From the IMG/VR virus record IMGVR_UViG_3300048998_000149, positions 1-64,000 of that record: DNA of 64,000 nt, one strand, 5' to 3'. Shown here one piece after another: positions 9,059 to 17,713 of this stretch (positions are counted from its first letter, which is position 1; every line of letters starts with the position of its first letter). A program made the translations under genes and the position numbers. The notes beneath the pieces are model-generated. The model searched no databases. It was not told the origin of the DNA and saw only the letters and a list, made by a program, of their open reading frames with translations. Origin of the DNA: a virus (Duplodnaviria; Caudoviricetes).

Positions 9059-9531
9059 GCCGCCACCGGCTCCCTGGCGTAGTTCGCCCGCACCAGCAGC
9101 GGCATCACGTGTTGGAGTTCCATCCGCACCGGGGCATCCGCAGTCTCGAAAGCAGGACCGAGCCCGTCGCAAAGCTCCAGCAGCTGATGGAGCCTGAACC
9201 AACACCACCACTCGCCGGGGCTGGCGTGACCCTTGCGGCGCACCACCAGCAGCCCGAGCCGGCCGGCGCCCTTGTCGTCCATCTCGGCCATCCACTTGGC
9301 GATCGCTTCGACCTGGACGTACTTGGCTGACCAGAACAGGCCAGGGGAGGTTTTGTCGATGTCTCCTGGGTCGGCAGAGCTGCGGTATGCGGTGCGCCAG
9401 CCGTTCTTCTCGGCGCGCTCCGCCTCCGGGAACCAGGGCAACATCCAGTTAGCGAGCTTCCGCTCGGTATCGGCGCCCTTGTTGCGATTGGACTTCCCGC
9501 GGGCCGAGGCGTCAGCGTTGGCGCCCATCAC
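9055..9531 (-). CDS. Holliday junction resolvase-like nuclease
   Basis: KG..TERKLA...D.GDI...K...LVVRRKG. Confidence 0.65.
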   Translation of the reverse strand: MMGANADASARGKSNRNKGADTERKLANWMLPWFPEAERAEKNGWRTAYRSSADPGDIDKTSPGLFWSAKYVQVEAIAKWMAEMDDKGAGRLGLLVVRRKGHASPGEWWCWFRLHQLLELCDGLGPAFETADAPVRMELQHVMPLLVRANYAREPVAA

Positions 9532-9974
9532 GAGCCGTGCCCGTAACCGATGTTGCGGTGTTCCGACCTGACGGTGGCCGCATTCGTCTGCCCCACCCGA
9601 ATGCGGTCTTGGAGCTCCTCAAAGTCGTTTTGCAGCCGCTGCACCTCAGACTTGGCGACATCCAATTCGAGGCCGAGGGCGTAAACCTTCGGGTCGACCC
9701 GGGCCATTGCCTTAGCGACCGTGACCATGACCGGCTCGCCCTCCGGCGGGTTGGTCAGCGGGATCAGAACCAGGTCGAACGCGCGCTGATAATCCCTAGT
9801 CAGCCGTCGGACGTCCTTCTGGGCGGCGGTCACCTCTTTGTTGACCCGGCCGAGTTCGCGGGAGAGATGGCCCAGCGCGGCGCCGATCTGTGTGGCGGTG
9901 GCTGGGATCAACCCGGACACCACGTCTTTGATGATCGCCTGATACTGCTCTTCGGTAAGTTCGACGTCGCTCAT
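9528..9974 (-). CDS. coiled-coil hypothetical protein
   Basis: coupled ORF. Confidence 0.7.
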   Translation of the reverse strand: MSDVELTEEQYQAIIKDVVSGLIPATATQIGAALGHLSRELGRVNKEVTAAQKDVRRLTRDYQRAFDLVLIPLTNPPEGEPVMVTVAKAMARVDPKVYALGLELDVAKSEVQRLQNDFEELQDRIRVGQTNAATVRSEHRNIGYGHGS

Positions 9975-10111
9975 GCCGCTTCTCCCTCGGGTGGTGTTTG
10001 GAGGCGGGCGCGTTCCTCAAGCTCGGCGGCCTGGGCCTCGTGGAGTAGCCGGCGATAGGAGTCGAAGTCCTTCTCGGCGTGGGCTTGCTGCCACAGTTCT
10101 GCGGCGGTCAC
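9971..10111 (-). CDS. small hypothetical protein (46 aa)
   Basis: fills the gap with 4-nt overlaps. Confidence 0.55.
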   Translation of the reverse strand: MTAAELWQQAHAEKDFDSYRRLLHEAQAAELEERARLQTPPEGEAA

Positions 10112-10845
10112 GCGGCTGCCACCTGCTCCGGGGACAGGGCATCCATCAGCTCGAGCCCGACGTATTCGGTGTACTGGACTGGGATGGCCTCGCTCACTTC
10201 GGCGATGCCGGCTTTGAGGGCTTCAGGTCCGGGGCGGGCGATCATCCACGGGGCGCCCATCACCTCGCAGGCCTTCCGCTGCCAGGCCCGGCTGTGCTTG
10301 CCGCCGTGAATGGACATGAACGGCCGCTCAGCTGTGGGCAGGTAGCCGTTGCGGATGCACTTCGGGTGATCGGCGGGGGGAAGATGCGGCGGTTGGGTGA
10401 TGGTGAAGCCGTGGGCCTCGAAGTGGCGGTGTCGCCAAACCTTCAAGTCGGGGAACATCGTCCCGCACAGCAACACTGGATTGATCAGTGGCGCTTGTGG
10501 CACGTTCTCGATTACGAATGGGATTCCGAGCCGCGCCTGGACGGCCAGTAGCATCTCCCGGCCCGGGCCGATCAGGTCGGGATACTTGTCGTCGATCAGT
10601 TCGGGCTGGTAGTAGGCCAGCCGCGACCACTTCTGGCAGGGTGGGCTGAAGTGGACTGCGACCGCACCGCTGACCTCGATGATCTCAGCGATCGGGGCGT
10701 TCGTGATGTCCGCCTGCATGAACGGGCCGGGGTAGTTCAGCTGCGGTGCGATGTCGATACCGAGGACGCGGAAGCCGGCCCGCATGTAGCCGCCCGCTGC
10801 GGCGCCGGCACCTCCGCAAAGGTCCACGATGAGCGGGTCGCTCAT
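10108..10845 (-). CDS. C5 cytosine methyltransferase-like protein (short phage type)
   Basis: DLCGGAG, SPPCQ, IENV, RHRHFE motifs. Confidence 0.8.
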   Translation of the reverse strand: MSDPLIVDLCGGAGAAAGGYMRAGFRVLGIDIAPQLNYPGPFMQADITNAPIAEIIEVSGAVAVHFSPPCQKWSRLAYYQPELIDDKYPDLIGPGREMLLAVQARLGIPFVIENVPQAPLINPVLLCGTMFPDLKVWRHRHFEAHGFTITQPPHLPPADHPKCIRNGYLPTAERPFMSIHGGKHSRAWQRKACEVMGAPWMIARPGPEALKAGIAEVSEAIPVQYTEYVGLELMDALSPEQVAAA

Positions 10846-11105
10846 GCGACGGCGTCCATGCCCCGCGTCCGGCGCAGCGCCTTCCGCTGGATTTCGGTGT
10901 GGCCGCCCCAAACGCCGACTCGAATCTCCCGATCCAGCGCGAAGAGGAGGCAAGGCTGCCTAGACGGGCAGCCGCGGCAAAGCCTCAGAGCGGCGGCAGT
11001 GTCGGCGGCCTGGTCCGAGAAGAAGAGTTCTGGGTCTGTCTCCTGGCAGAGGGCGGCCTCTTGCCAGGTCAGATCGTCGCGACGGTTCCGGGTAGGTGCG
11101 GTCAT
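10842..11105 (-). CDS. whiB: WhiB family transcriptional regulator
   Basis: W...A.C...DPELFF...C..C.....C...GVWGG. Confidence 0.92.
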   Translation of the reverse strand: MTAPTRNRRDDLTWQEAALCQETDPELFFSDQAADTAAALRLCRGCPSRQPCLLFALDREIRVGVWGGHTEIQRKALRRTRGMDAVA

Positions 11106-11276
11106 GGCGGTGGTGCCTCTCTGGTGGGGTGGGGCGGGACAGGGGTGGAGTCCCGGTGGCGCGGGCTTACAACTTGTCGGGCTGGCCTGGCGGTATCGGG
11201 ATTACTTCCCAGGAGCCGACGAGGGGGTGGAGGATCTCGTCGGCCTCCTCGGGGAGGACTGTCACTATCCAGCGCA

Positions 11277-11591
11277 TCACTCGCGCCCCTCGACAGCGGC
11301 GACCAGAGCGTCAAGCAAGGCGAACAGCTGCTCCTGCGTAGCCTCGTGTGGAACCTTTGGCCACAACGTGGCCACTGCGGTCGCAGCCTCGACGATGGGG
11401 GCCTGCTGCCTGTACGCGCGATTGCAGTTCTCCAGAGCGCCTTCAGCTTCAATCAGTAGGCGACCCCGCCGGTTGTACTCGGTCAGTACTGCCTCGACCG
11501 CCAACTGGTAGCGGTCACGCTCACCGCGCCCCGAGCCAGTCGCCCAGACGCGAGCCAACCGCTGGGCTTCGGCTAGTTCGTCAGCCGTCAT
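11277..11591 (-). CDS. hypothetical protein (EAATA...AAVE module)
   Basis: ORF with a paralogous C-terminal module. Confidence 0.65.
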   Translation of the reverse strand: MTADELAEAQRLARVWATGSGRGERDRYQLAVEAVLTEYNRRGRLLIEAEGALENCNRAYRQQAPIVEAATAVATLWPKVPHEATQEQLFALLDALVAAVEGRE

Positions 11592-11928
11592 CGCCCTGGA
11601 CCTCCTCCAGCGTCTTTAACCACTCCATCCGCACGTGCATGGCCTTGGCAATCTGCTCCGGCGTCTCGTAGCGCCGCAGGTTGATGTCCAGGATCCACTC
11701 GCGCAGGATCGCGATCTGCGCCACTCGGGTTTCCTGCGCCACAACGTCCACGATCTGCTCGATCGTTGGCGACGTCTTCCCTGACTGTAGGTCGCTGACC
11801 AGGTCGCCGAGGTCATCGCGCAGGCACGGGTAGTGGGTGCCCCAGTTGAAATCGGCGGCCTCGGACAGCCGGTCGATTAGGCCGGCCGCCTTGCGCCGCG
11901 CCTCGTCGGGGATTTCTGTGCCAGTCAC
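11581..11928 (-). CDS. hypothetical protein
   Basis: GTGA coupling. Confidence 0.6.
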   Translation of the reverse strand: MTGTEIPDEARRKAAGLIDRLSEAADFNWGTHYPCLRDDLGDLVSDLQSGKTSPTIEQIVDVVAQETRVAQIAILREWILDINLRRYETPEQIAKAMHVRMEWLKTLEEVQGDDG

Positions 11929-12221
11929 TCCGCGCTCCCGATCCTGTAGGTCACCGAATGCGCTCCGATGCCGAGGGGCCAGCGGACGGTGTCGCTGTCG
12001 ACCCACACCAGGTCGGCGCGTTCCGGCAGCATGATCGTCACCGCGCCTTCGCCGCGTGGAGGCCGGACACCTTCGGTCAGGCGTTGGCAGCCGACCTGCT
12101 GCTTGTGCAAGCCCGTGACGAAATGTTGGGTGCCGTCTCGATATGGCAGGTACGTATTGCGTACGCAGGTCAACAAGGTGCCGGGGGTGAGCCGGTCCTT
12201 CAGCTTCTGCAAGCCGCTCAT
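11925..12221 (-). CDS. hypothetical protein
   Basis: coupled ORF. Confidence 0.6.
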   Translation of the reverse strand: MSGLQKLKDRLTPGTLLTCVRNTYLPYRDGTQHFVTGLHKQQVGCQRLTEGVRPPRGEGAVTIMLPERADLVWVDSDTVRWPLGIGAHSVTYRIGSAE

Positions 12222-12373
12222 CGCCGGCTCCGCTCAGCCCAGGTGATCCCCACCAGCGTGAGACCCCCAACCGCCCACAGCGCCACGTCCTGCCACGATG
12301 TGGGTGTGTCGGGACCGTCGCCGCACGCGCTGAGCAGCAGCAACAGCGGCACTAAAAACCAGATCCGGCTCAT
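12218..12373 (-). CDS. small lipoprotein with a C-terminal TM helix
   Basis: MSRIWFLVPLLLLLSAC lipobox; ATGA overlaps. Confidence 0.55.
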   Translation of the reverse strand: MSRIWFLVPLLLLLSACGDGPDTPTSWQDVALWAVGGLTLVGITWAERSRR

Positions 12374-12597
12374 ACGATTACCTCGCGCCACGCCTCGCTC
12401 GCCTGGTGGCCGCTCTTGTTGCCCCCGCGAAAGTCGAGGTGCGGTAGCGCGGTTGCGGCGGCCAGCGCCAACGTGGCGTGCACCTGGGCCGCCTGAAGCA
12501 CCTGATCCGGTTCAGAAATGGGGTCGCTGCGAGTCGATGACATGAACAGCGCGAGGAGTTCCTCGGCTTCTTTGTAATGCGACGAACCGTCCATCAC
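12370..12597 (-). CDS. hypothetical protein
   Basis: HY.EAE.LL...AQVHATLALAAA actinophage family motif. Confidence 0.7.
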   Translation of the reverse strand: MMDGSSHYKEAEELLALFMSSTRSDPISEPDQVLQAAQVHATLALAAATALPHLDFRGGNKSGHQASEAWREVIV

Positions 12598-12728
12598 GTG
12601 CTTCCGATCCGGTCGGCGTAGACCTCAATGAGGGCTTGGACGGTGGGGCAGGGCCACTTTTCGTTGACCCACTCTTCGGAGCCGTCGGCCTTTGCGCCTA
12701 CTTGCCGCCGCTTAGATAGCCAGCTCAT
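12594..12728 (-). CDS. small hypothetical protein
   Basis: coupled ORF; WPCPT motif. Confidence 0.5.
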   Translation of the reverse strand: MSWLSKRRQVGAKADGSEEWVNEKWPCPTVQALIEVYADRIGST

Positions 12729-12880
12729 CGTTCGTCCTTCTCTCGGAATGCCCAGCGGCGGATGGCTGCGGCGAGGCCCCACGCCGCGAGTAGGCAGGCC
12801 GCGAGGATGGGCAGCTTCAGCCACAGCGGAGCCGCCCACACGACCAAGCCGGGTACCGCACTGGCGACCACGTCGCTCAT
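12725..12880 (-). CDS. small membrane protein
   Basis: hydrophobic; ATGA overlaps. Confidence 0.5.
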   Translation of the reverse strand: MSDVVASAVPGLVVWAAPLWLKLPILAACLLAAWGLAAAIRRWAFREKDER

Positions 12881-13977
12881 GCCGCTGACCCTTCGCTCGG
12901 TAGTTCCCCATCCAGGGCTGCCTGGACCGAATAGCCGTGGACGTTGATGTAGTCGGCGACCAGCTGGCCGAAGTGCGACAGCATGATTTTATCCCCTGAG
13001 AAGATGCCCAGCACTTCCTGGACGTCCGGCTTCTGGTTGATCCACGACGACACGTCCACGCTGGGAGCCTCACGGATCAGACGCTCGGCCTCATCGAAGT
13101 CGGCGGTGGCGAGCAGCTGGTCGAACACCTCGGATGCTGTGCGGCCCTTCTCGGCCTTGCTCGGACGCTGGTAGGGGGGCTTACGGGTCGGTGCGGGTTC
13201 CTCAACCAGTTCCGCATCCACCACCACCGGCACGTCGACGGGCTTGGCAGCCTTCGCGGCGGCCTCGATCTTTGCGCGCACGTTGGCGGGGGCGCGCTTC
13301 CACACCTGCACGAGCTCGGCCCGGTCGCCGTTGCACTTGGCGATCTCGGCGTCCCAGTCCACCTCAGGGGCGGGCATCTGCTCAACGAGGGTCGTGGGGA
13401 TGCCGTCCTCGCCCACGTTCTCGCCCAACTCCTCGGGCGTGTAGTGCACTCCAGAGAGGGCTTCCTCGCAGGCGTCGCGGGCAGCCTCGGAGATCGCACG
13501 GGCCTTGAGCATCGCCGCTGGGTACTGCTTCCACACAGCCTTGCCGGTCAACCCCGCCTGCTTTGCCCGCTCGATCGTCCAGATCGACTCGAACACAAAG
13601 TCCGGGTCGTCCTTGCGGATGATCTGCGCGGTGGCCTTGGTGTCGTTGCCGGTGACGCGCAGCCGGTGGCCAGCGCGGCGGACCAGTGCGCCAATCAGTG
13701 CGGCCGAAGCGGAAGGCTTGCCCTCGATGATGTGGATGCCGGTGATCGCGGCCATCGGCGCCAACCCGAGCATCTCGCCGTATTCCACGGCGTAGAGCAC
13801 GTTCGCGGGCTGCTTCTTGTACGCGGCCGGCAGCAGCCCGGACTGGGCCAGCTTCTCCGCGTAGTGGACCTTGGAGTTGAGGGAGTTGCGGGACCGGAAC
13901 TGCACGATCTCTGCGCCCGGCGAAGACGCCTCGATGGTCTCGGTCTGCTCGACAAGCGGGACTGATGGCTCAGTCAT
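12877..13977 (-). CDS. RecT/Red-beta-like single-strand annealing protein
   Basis: LAQSGLLP..Y..QPANVL..VEYG..LGL.PM.A...IHIIEGKP...W.QYP..ML.ARA. Confidence 0.8.
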   Translation of the reverse strand: MTEPSVPLVEQTETIEASSPGAEIVQFRSRNSLNSKVHYAEKLAQSGLLPAAYKKQPANVLYAVEYGEMLGLAPMAAITGIHIIEGKPSASAALIGALVRRAGHRLRVTGNDTKATAQIIRKDDPDFVFESIWTIERAKQAGLTGKAVWKQYPAAMLKARAISEAARDACEEALSGVHYTPEELGENVGEDGIPTTLVEQMPAPEVDWDAEIAKCNGDRAELVQVWKRAPANVRAKIEAAAKAAKPVDVPVVVDAELVEEPAPTRKPPYQRPSKAEKGRTASEVFDQLLATADFDEAERLIREAPSVDVSSWINQKPDVQEVLGIFSGDKIMLSHFGQLVADYINVHGYSVQAALDGELPSEGSAA

Positions 13978-14151
13978 GACGGTGGTGCCTTCCAGTGGGG
14001 TGGTAACGCCCGGGGTGGTGGGCGCGTATTCAGTTAGGGCCCTCGGCGGCGATACTCGTTTGGGTGTCGCTTCATCGATAGCCGCCGAGGGAGTTCTTAG
14101 GCCCCGCAGCGGCGGCGGAGACCCTCATCTTCGCCCGCCGCTGCGGGAGTC

Positions 14152-14871
14152 TCAGGCGGCGGACTTTCTCTCCACCGTAATGCCGTCATAGATCACGTTC
14201 TTGCGGACCGCGTCGTTGACGATGCCAGCCAGCTTGTCCTCGCCAGCTGCGGCGAGATCGTGGGCCAGCTCCCGAACCTTCGTCACCTTCGGCTTCGCAG
14301 CGCCGAGGAACGCGAGGGCCCGCTGCGCAACGGCGCAGGCGAACTGCTCCGGGTCCGAGTGCGGGGTAATGTCGGTGGCCTTCGCATCGAGCGCGGCAGC
14401 CCACTCGGCGGACACCAGCGCAGACAGTGCGGCGATGACCTGCGGCAGATCCACGTAGTACTCGTTATGGGTCTTCCGGCCGATCTTGATGTCGCCACCG
14501 GACTGCGGCACGACCAAGCCCGACATGGGGATGCCGTCCTGTTCGCCGACTGCCTCGAACAGTTCCTCTTCCAGGATTTCCTTGCCGGTCTCCGCCACAG
14601 TCTTGAACGCGTTGCCGTAGTCGGCGATCAGTTCGCGTACGCCCTGGACGGCGCGGATCAGGGCGAAGGTGTCCTCGCGGCTGCGGACGGTGCGCTCGGC
14701 GCGGACCTTCGCCACGGCCTCGTTCAGGCGCGTGGTCAGCAGTAGGCGGGTGTCGTGGGGGGTGGGCAGCCCTGGGAGCTGCCGTTCCGGGAACGGAACG
14801 AGGGACTGTGAAAACACGCCGGTGTCCGAGGGGGTGGAGTCGGACCCGGCACCTGGGGTGGTCGGTGCCAT
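14152..14871 (-). CDS. hypothetical protein, first gene of the leftward operon (start uncertain)
   Basis: long ORF right after promoter 14879-14908; the first ~50 nt form two hairpins. Confidence 0.65.
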   Translation of the reverse strand: MAPTTPGAGSDSTPSDTGVFSQSLVPFPERQLPGLPTPHDTRLLLTTRLNEAVAKVRAERTVRSREDTFALIRAVQGVRELIADYGNAFKTVAETGKEILEEELFEAVGEQDGIPMSGLVVPQSGGDIKIGRKTHNEYYVDLPQVIAALSALVSAEWAAALDAKATDITPHSDPEQFACAVAQRALAFLGAAKPKVTKVRELAHDLAAAGEDKLAGIVNDAVRKNVIYDGITVERKSAA

Positions 14872-14878
14872 ACCTCAG

Positions 14879-14908
14879 ATAATAGACCTAGACCTAAGGT
14901 CTATACAA
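14879..14908 (-). promoter_or_regulatory. leftward promoter TTGTAT-N18-TATTAT with palindromic operator TAGACCTAAGGTCTA (14889-14903)
   Basis: sequence match; palindrome lies in the spacer. Confidence 0.75.
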
Positions 14909-14916
14909 GACCCTAT

Positions 14917-15297
14917 TTAGGCGGCCTTGGAGATGGCTCTTTTAGCTGGCCAGGCCATCATCACCGCGTCGTTCCCCGCGGCCAGGTAGGCCTCTGCCGC
15001 CTCGCGGAGCACCGCCGGGACGGACGATCCTGCGGCGACTATCAGGTCGCGGCACTCGTGGAATCGGTCCGCGCTCTGTTTCCAGCGGACTGTGCGGACT
15101 GGTCCGACACTGCCTCGCGGCGCGCGGCGCTGTTGGGGGAGGAGGTGCCCACGGCCGGCTTGGGCGAGCCGCGCCGCCGTGATGATCCAGTGAAAGCACA
15201 GCTCGCCTACCGACTCGCCACTAGCCTCGGCCGCGTCATGGAGACGGCTGGCCAGGGACTCTGGGAGCGGCACCTGCGGACGGTACTGACGGGGCAT
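14917..15297 (-). CDS. tandem ribbon-helix-helix regulator (candidate repressor)
   Basis: two RHH-like units; leaderless ATG 7 nt after TACCCT. Confidence 0.6.
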   Translation of the reverse strand: MPRQYRPQVPLPESLASRLHDAAEASGESVGELCFHWIITAARLAQAGRGHLLPQQRRAPRGSVGPVRTVRWKQSADRFHECRDLIVAAGSSVPAVLREAAEAYLAAGNDAVMMAWPAKRAISKAA

Positions 15298-15466
15298 ATC
15301 CCAAGGGTATGGCACAGGGGTGGCTTTCCACCTCGCCGATAGTGATGATCGGCGTGTCGGAACAGGGGAGACAACCTACGGCGTGTCGCGGTGGTCTTTC
15401 GCGGATCGAGGGTTACGCTCCGCCCAGACCTGCACATAAAAAAAGCGCCACCCCCACGTCAAAGCT

Positions 15467-15829
15467 TTGGCCGGCTTGAAGGGGGCGGCGCCATCCATCG
15501 AAAGGATTGTCGTGAGCCTAGACGCTGTGGCGTCGCGAGTCCATCCGGACACGCCGAAACGCCCCCCGGCCGCGCTCCGCCTGCTGGCGGAACTGTACAG
15601 GCGAGCCACCCCCGACTCTGTCACTGTGAGCCGCGCCGAGCTGGCGCAGAGCCTCGCCGTCTCGGAGCGCACGATCCAGCGCGCCAGTCGCGCCCTGGTC
15701 GTCGCCGATCTGATCGCCGTCACCGGTGACCCGAATGACAGGTACGCACCGAACACGTACCGAGTGCGGCTGCAACCGCCGCACCGGGGCGGTATGTGTG
15801 CGTTTTCCTCTGTGTGGAACAGGTTCTAG
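15467..15829 (+). CDS. winged HTH DNA-binding protein
   Basis: VSRAELAQSLAVSERTIQRASRAL...LI...N.Y. Confidence 0.75.
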   Translation: MAGLKGAAPSIERIVVSLDAVASRVHPDTPKRPPAALRLLAELYRRATPDSVTVSRAELAQSLAVSERTIQRASRALVVADLIAVTGDPNDRYAPNTYRVRLQPPHRGGMCAFSSVWNRF

Positions 15830-16205
15830 GCACGGTCTGCCACCAGTCGGGCACGGGCTGTGAGATCCAGGTGTAGTGGATCTACCGCTTGGCGCAGTCT
15901 GGTGACAGTGATGTTTAACCGTGGGCTATCGGTGGCACCGCGAGCGTCACGAACGCGCTAACGTCACCCACCAGCGTTACCCCGAAAGTCGCCCGCCACC
16001 CCTGCCTCACAGGCAACTGGGCCACCCGGGGGTAGCTGCCGTTGAACCCGTTTCGCATTGAGGGGCGCACCAGCCACCCCGTCAAAGGGTGCCCCCTCAA
16101 TGCGGCGCGGCTTCATGACAAAAGGAGAACCGCCGGCAGGGCTTCGGGAGGGAGGCACCACACCTCTACCACTGCGCCCTGCCGGCGGTCTGAAAGGACC
16201 AGCAG

Positions 16206-17312
16206 ATGTCTAGATCATCGACTAGCCCTTACCGTACCGATCTCACGACCACAGCCCCCACCCCTGGGTTTTGCGGTGCTGGCATCGATACGGGCACCCA
16301 GGGATCTCACGATAGGCCATCGCCACGACAGGATCGGGGTGGTGGCCGTCGTGGAACCCAGGGGTGCACGGACAGGATCGCACATACAAACGCGCCTGTC
16401 TTGTCTCAACGTCCACTTTCTGAGGTAAGGCGACCTTTTGCCTCTGCGAACGGTCAGCCAGGGACTCTTGGGACTTCCTTAGAGGTCGACCGGTCCTCTT
16501 GCCCGGCACGCCCCGACGCCAAGGGCGTCGTGCGCCACGGGAACCGCAACTCCTACAGCAACTTCTACTGCCGCTGCCCCGACGCCCGCGAGGACCACCG
16601 CCTCTACGCGAAACGGCAACGCGAAGGGCGCCTCCGTCCCCGAATGGTGGACTCGACCGGCTCGGCGCGGCGCCTGCAAGCCCTCGCGGTCATGGGCTAC
16701 GGCTCCCCCTTCCTGGCCGAGCGGCTCGGGGTCACTGACACCCGGGTACGGAAGCTCCGACAGCCGTTCTATCCGGTCATCCGCACAGTTCAGGCGCAGG
16801 CTATCGACGCGCTGTACCGATCGCTGAGCATGACACCAGCAGTCGGACTGGCCGCCGACATGGTCCGCGCCAGGGCTGCCGCAGGCTGGGCGCCCGCGCT
16901 GGCGTGGGACGAGGGCGCCATCGACGACCCGTCCGCTGTTCCTGACTATGGCCCCTCTGTCGACCCTGCGGTGAAGGAATGGGAAGCCGTCCTGGACGGC
17001 CAGTTCCCCCAGGAGTCTTCGCGGGGGAGAGGACCCGGACCTCGCGGTAAGCGGCTCCGCGAGGCCGCAGTGGTGTTCCTGACCGAGTCTGGCTGGTCTG
17101 CCTTAGCCATCGCCGAGATGCTCCACAGCACCGCCCGCACTGTGACCCGCGACCGTGAAGCAGCTCGCCAGGCTGGCTGGCGGTTCACGCACGACGAGGG
17201 TGTCGCACCTTCGAGTCATGATGAACGTGCCGCTCACCTAGCGGTGATCACCACCCCACCCCATGCCGAGGCACCCCACTCGGCAACTCAAGAGAGGCAC
17301 CACGCCGCATGA
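16206..17312 (+). CDS. HTH/zinc-finger DNA-binding protein
   Basis: HG..Y...CRC; RRLQAL...G....LAERLGV; C-terminal IAEMLHSTARTVTRD. Confidence 0.7.
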   Translation: MSRSSTSPYRTDLTTTAPTPGFCGAGIDTGTQGSHDRPSPRQDRGGGRRGTQGCTDRIAHTNAPVLSQRPLSEVRRPFASANGQPGTLGTSLEVDRSSCPARPDAKGVVRHGNRNSYSNFYCRCPDAREDHRLYAKRQREGRLRPRMVDSTGSARRLQALAVMGYGSPFLAERLGVTDTRVRKLRQPFYPVIRTVQAQAIDALYRSLSMTPAVGLAADMVRARAAAGWAPALAWDEGAIDDPSAVPDYGPSVDPAVKEWEAVLDGQFPQESSRGRGPGPRGKRLREAAVVFLTESGWSALAIAEMLHSTARTVTRDREAARQAGWRFTHDEGVAPSSHDERAAHLAVITTPPHAEAPHSATQERHHAA

Positions 17313-17713
17313 GATCAATTCCGGTGCGTCGAGGAGGAGTGACCGGCAACAACAAGTTGCCAGTGATCCCCCCGTTGTCCCAGCTCGCCCGAACACCTAG
17401 CAACCCAGACGGCACCTGGTCCGGTCAGTGGCCACTACTGCCCGGTGCCGCAGTTCCCCCCAATCGCATCCACGTGGTCTACACGCTGTTCGACGAGTCC
17501 GAGGCCGTCCAGTACGTCGGATGCACATCCCGCTTCCGGGTGCGCATGAAAGACAACCAGCGCGGCAAGAGCTTCGCAGCCTGGACGGCCACGCCGTACC
17601 CGACGCGGGCGGAAGCCGACGAAGCCGAGACGGCCCTGATCTGGCTCCTCCGCCCACCGCTTAACCGCCTGTTCCTGATTCCAGGCACGAGTCCGGCGGG
17701 GTGTGTTCGATGA
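17309..17713 (+). CDS. GIY-YIG nuclease-like protein
   Basis: VVYTLFD....YVGCT...R...E..LI....P.LN. Confidence 0.7.
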   Translation: MRSIPVRRGGVTGNNKLPVIPPLSQLARTPSNPDGTWSGQWPLLPGAAVPPNRIHVVYTLFDESEAVQYVGCTSRFRVRMKDNQRGKSFAAWTATPYPTRAEADEAETALIWLLRPPLNRLFLIPGTSPAGCVR

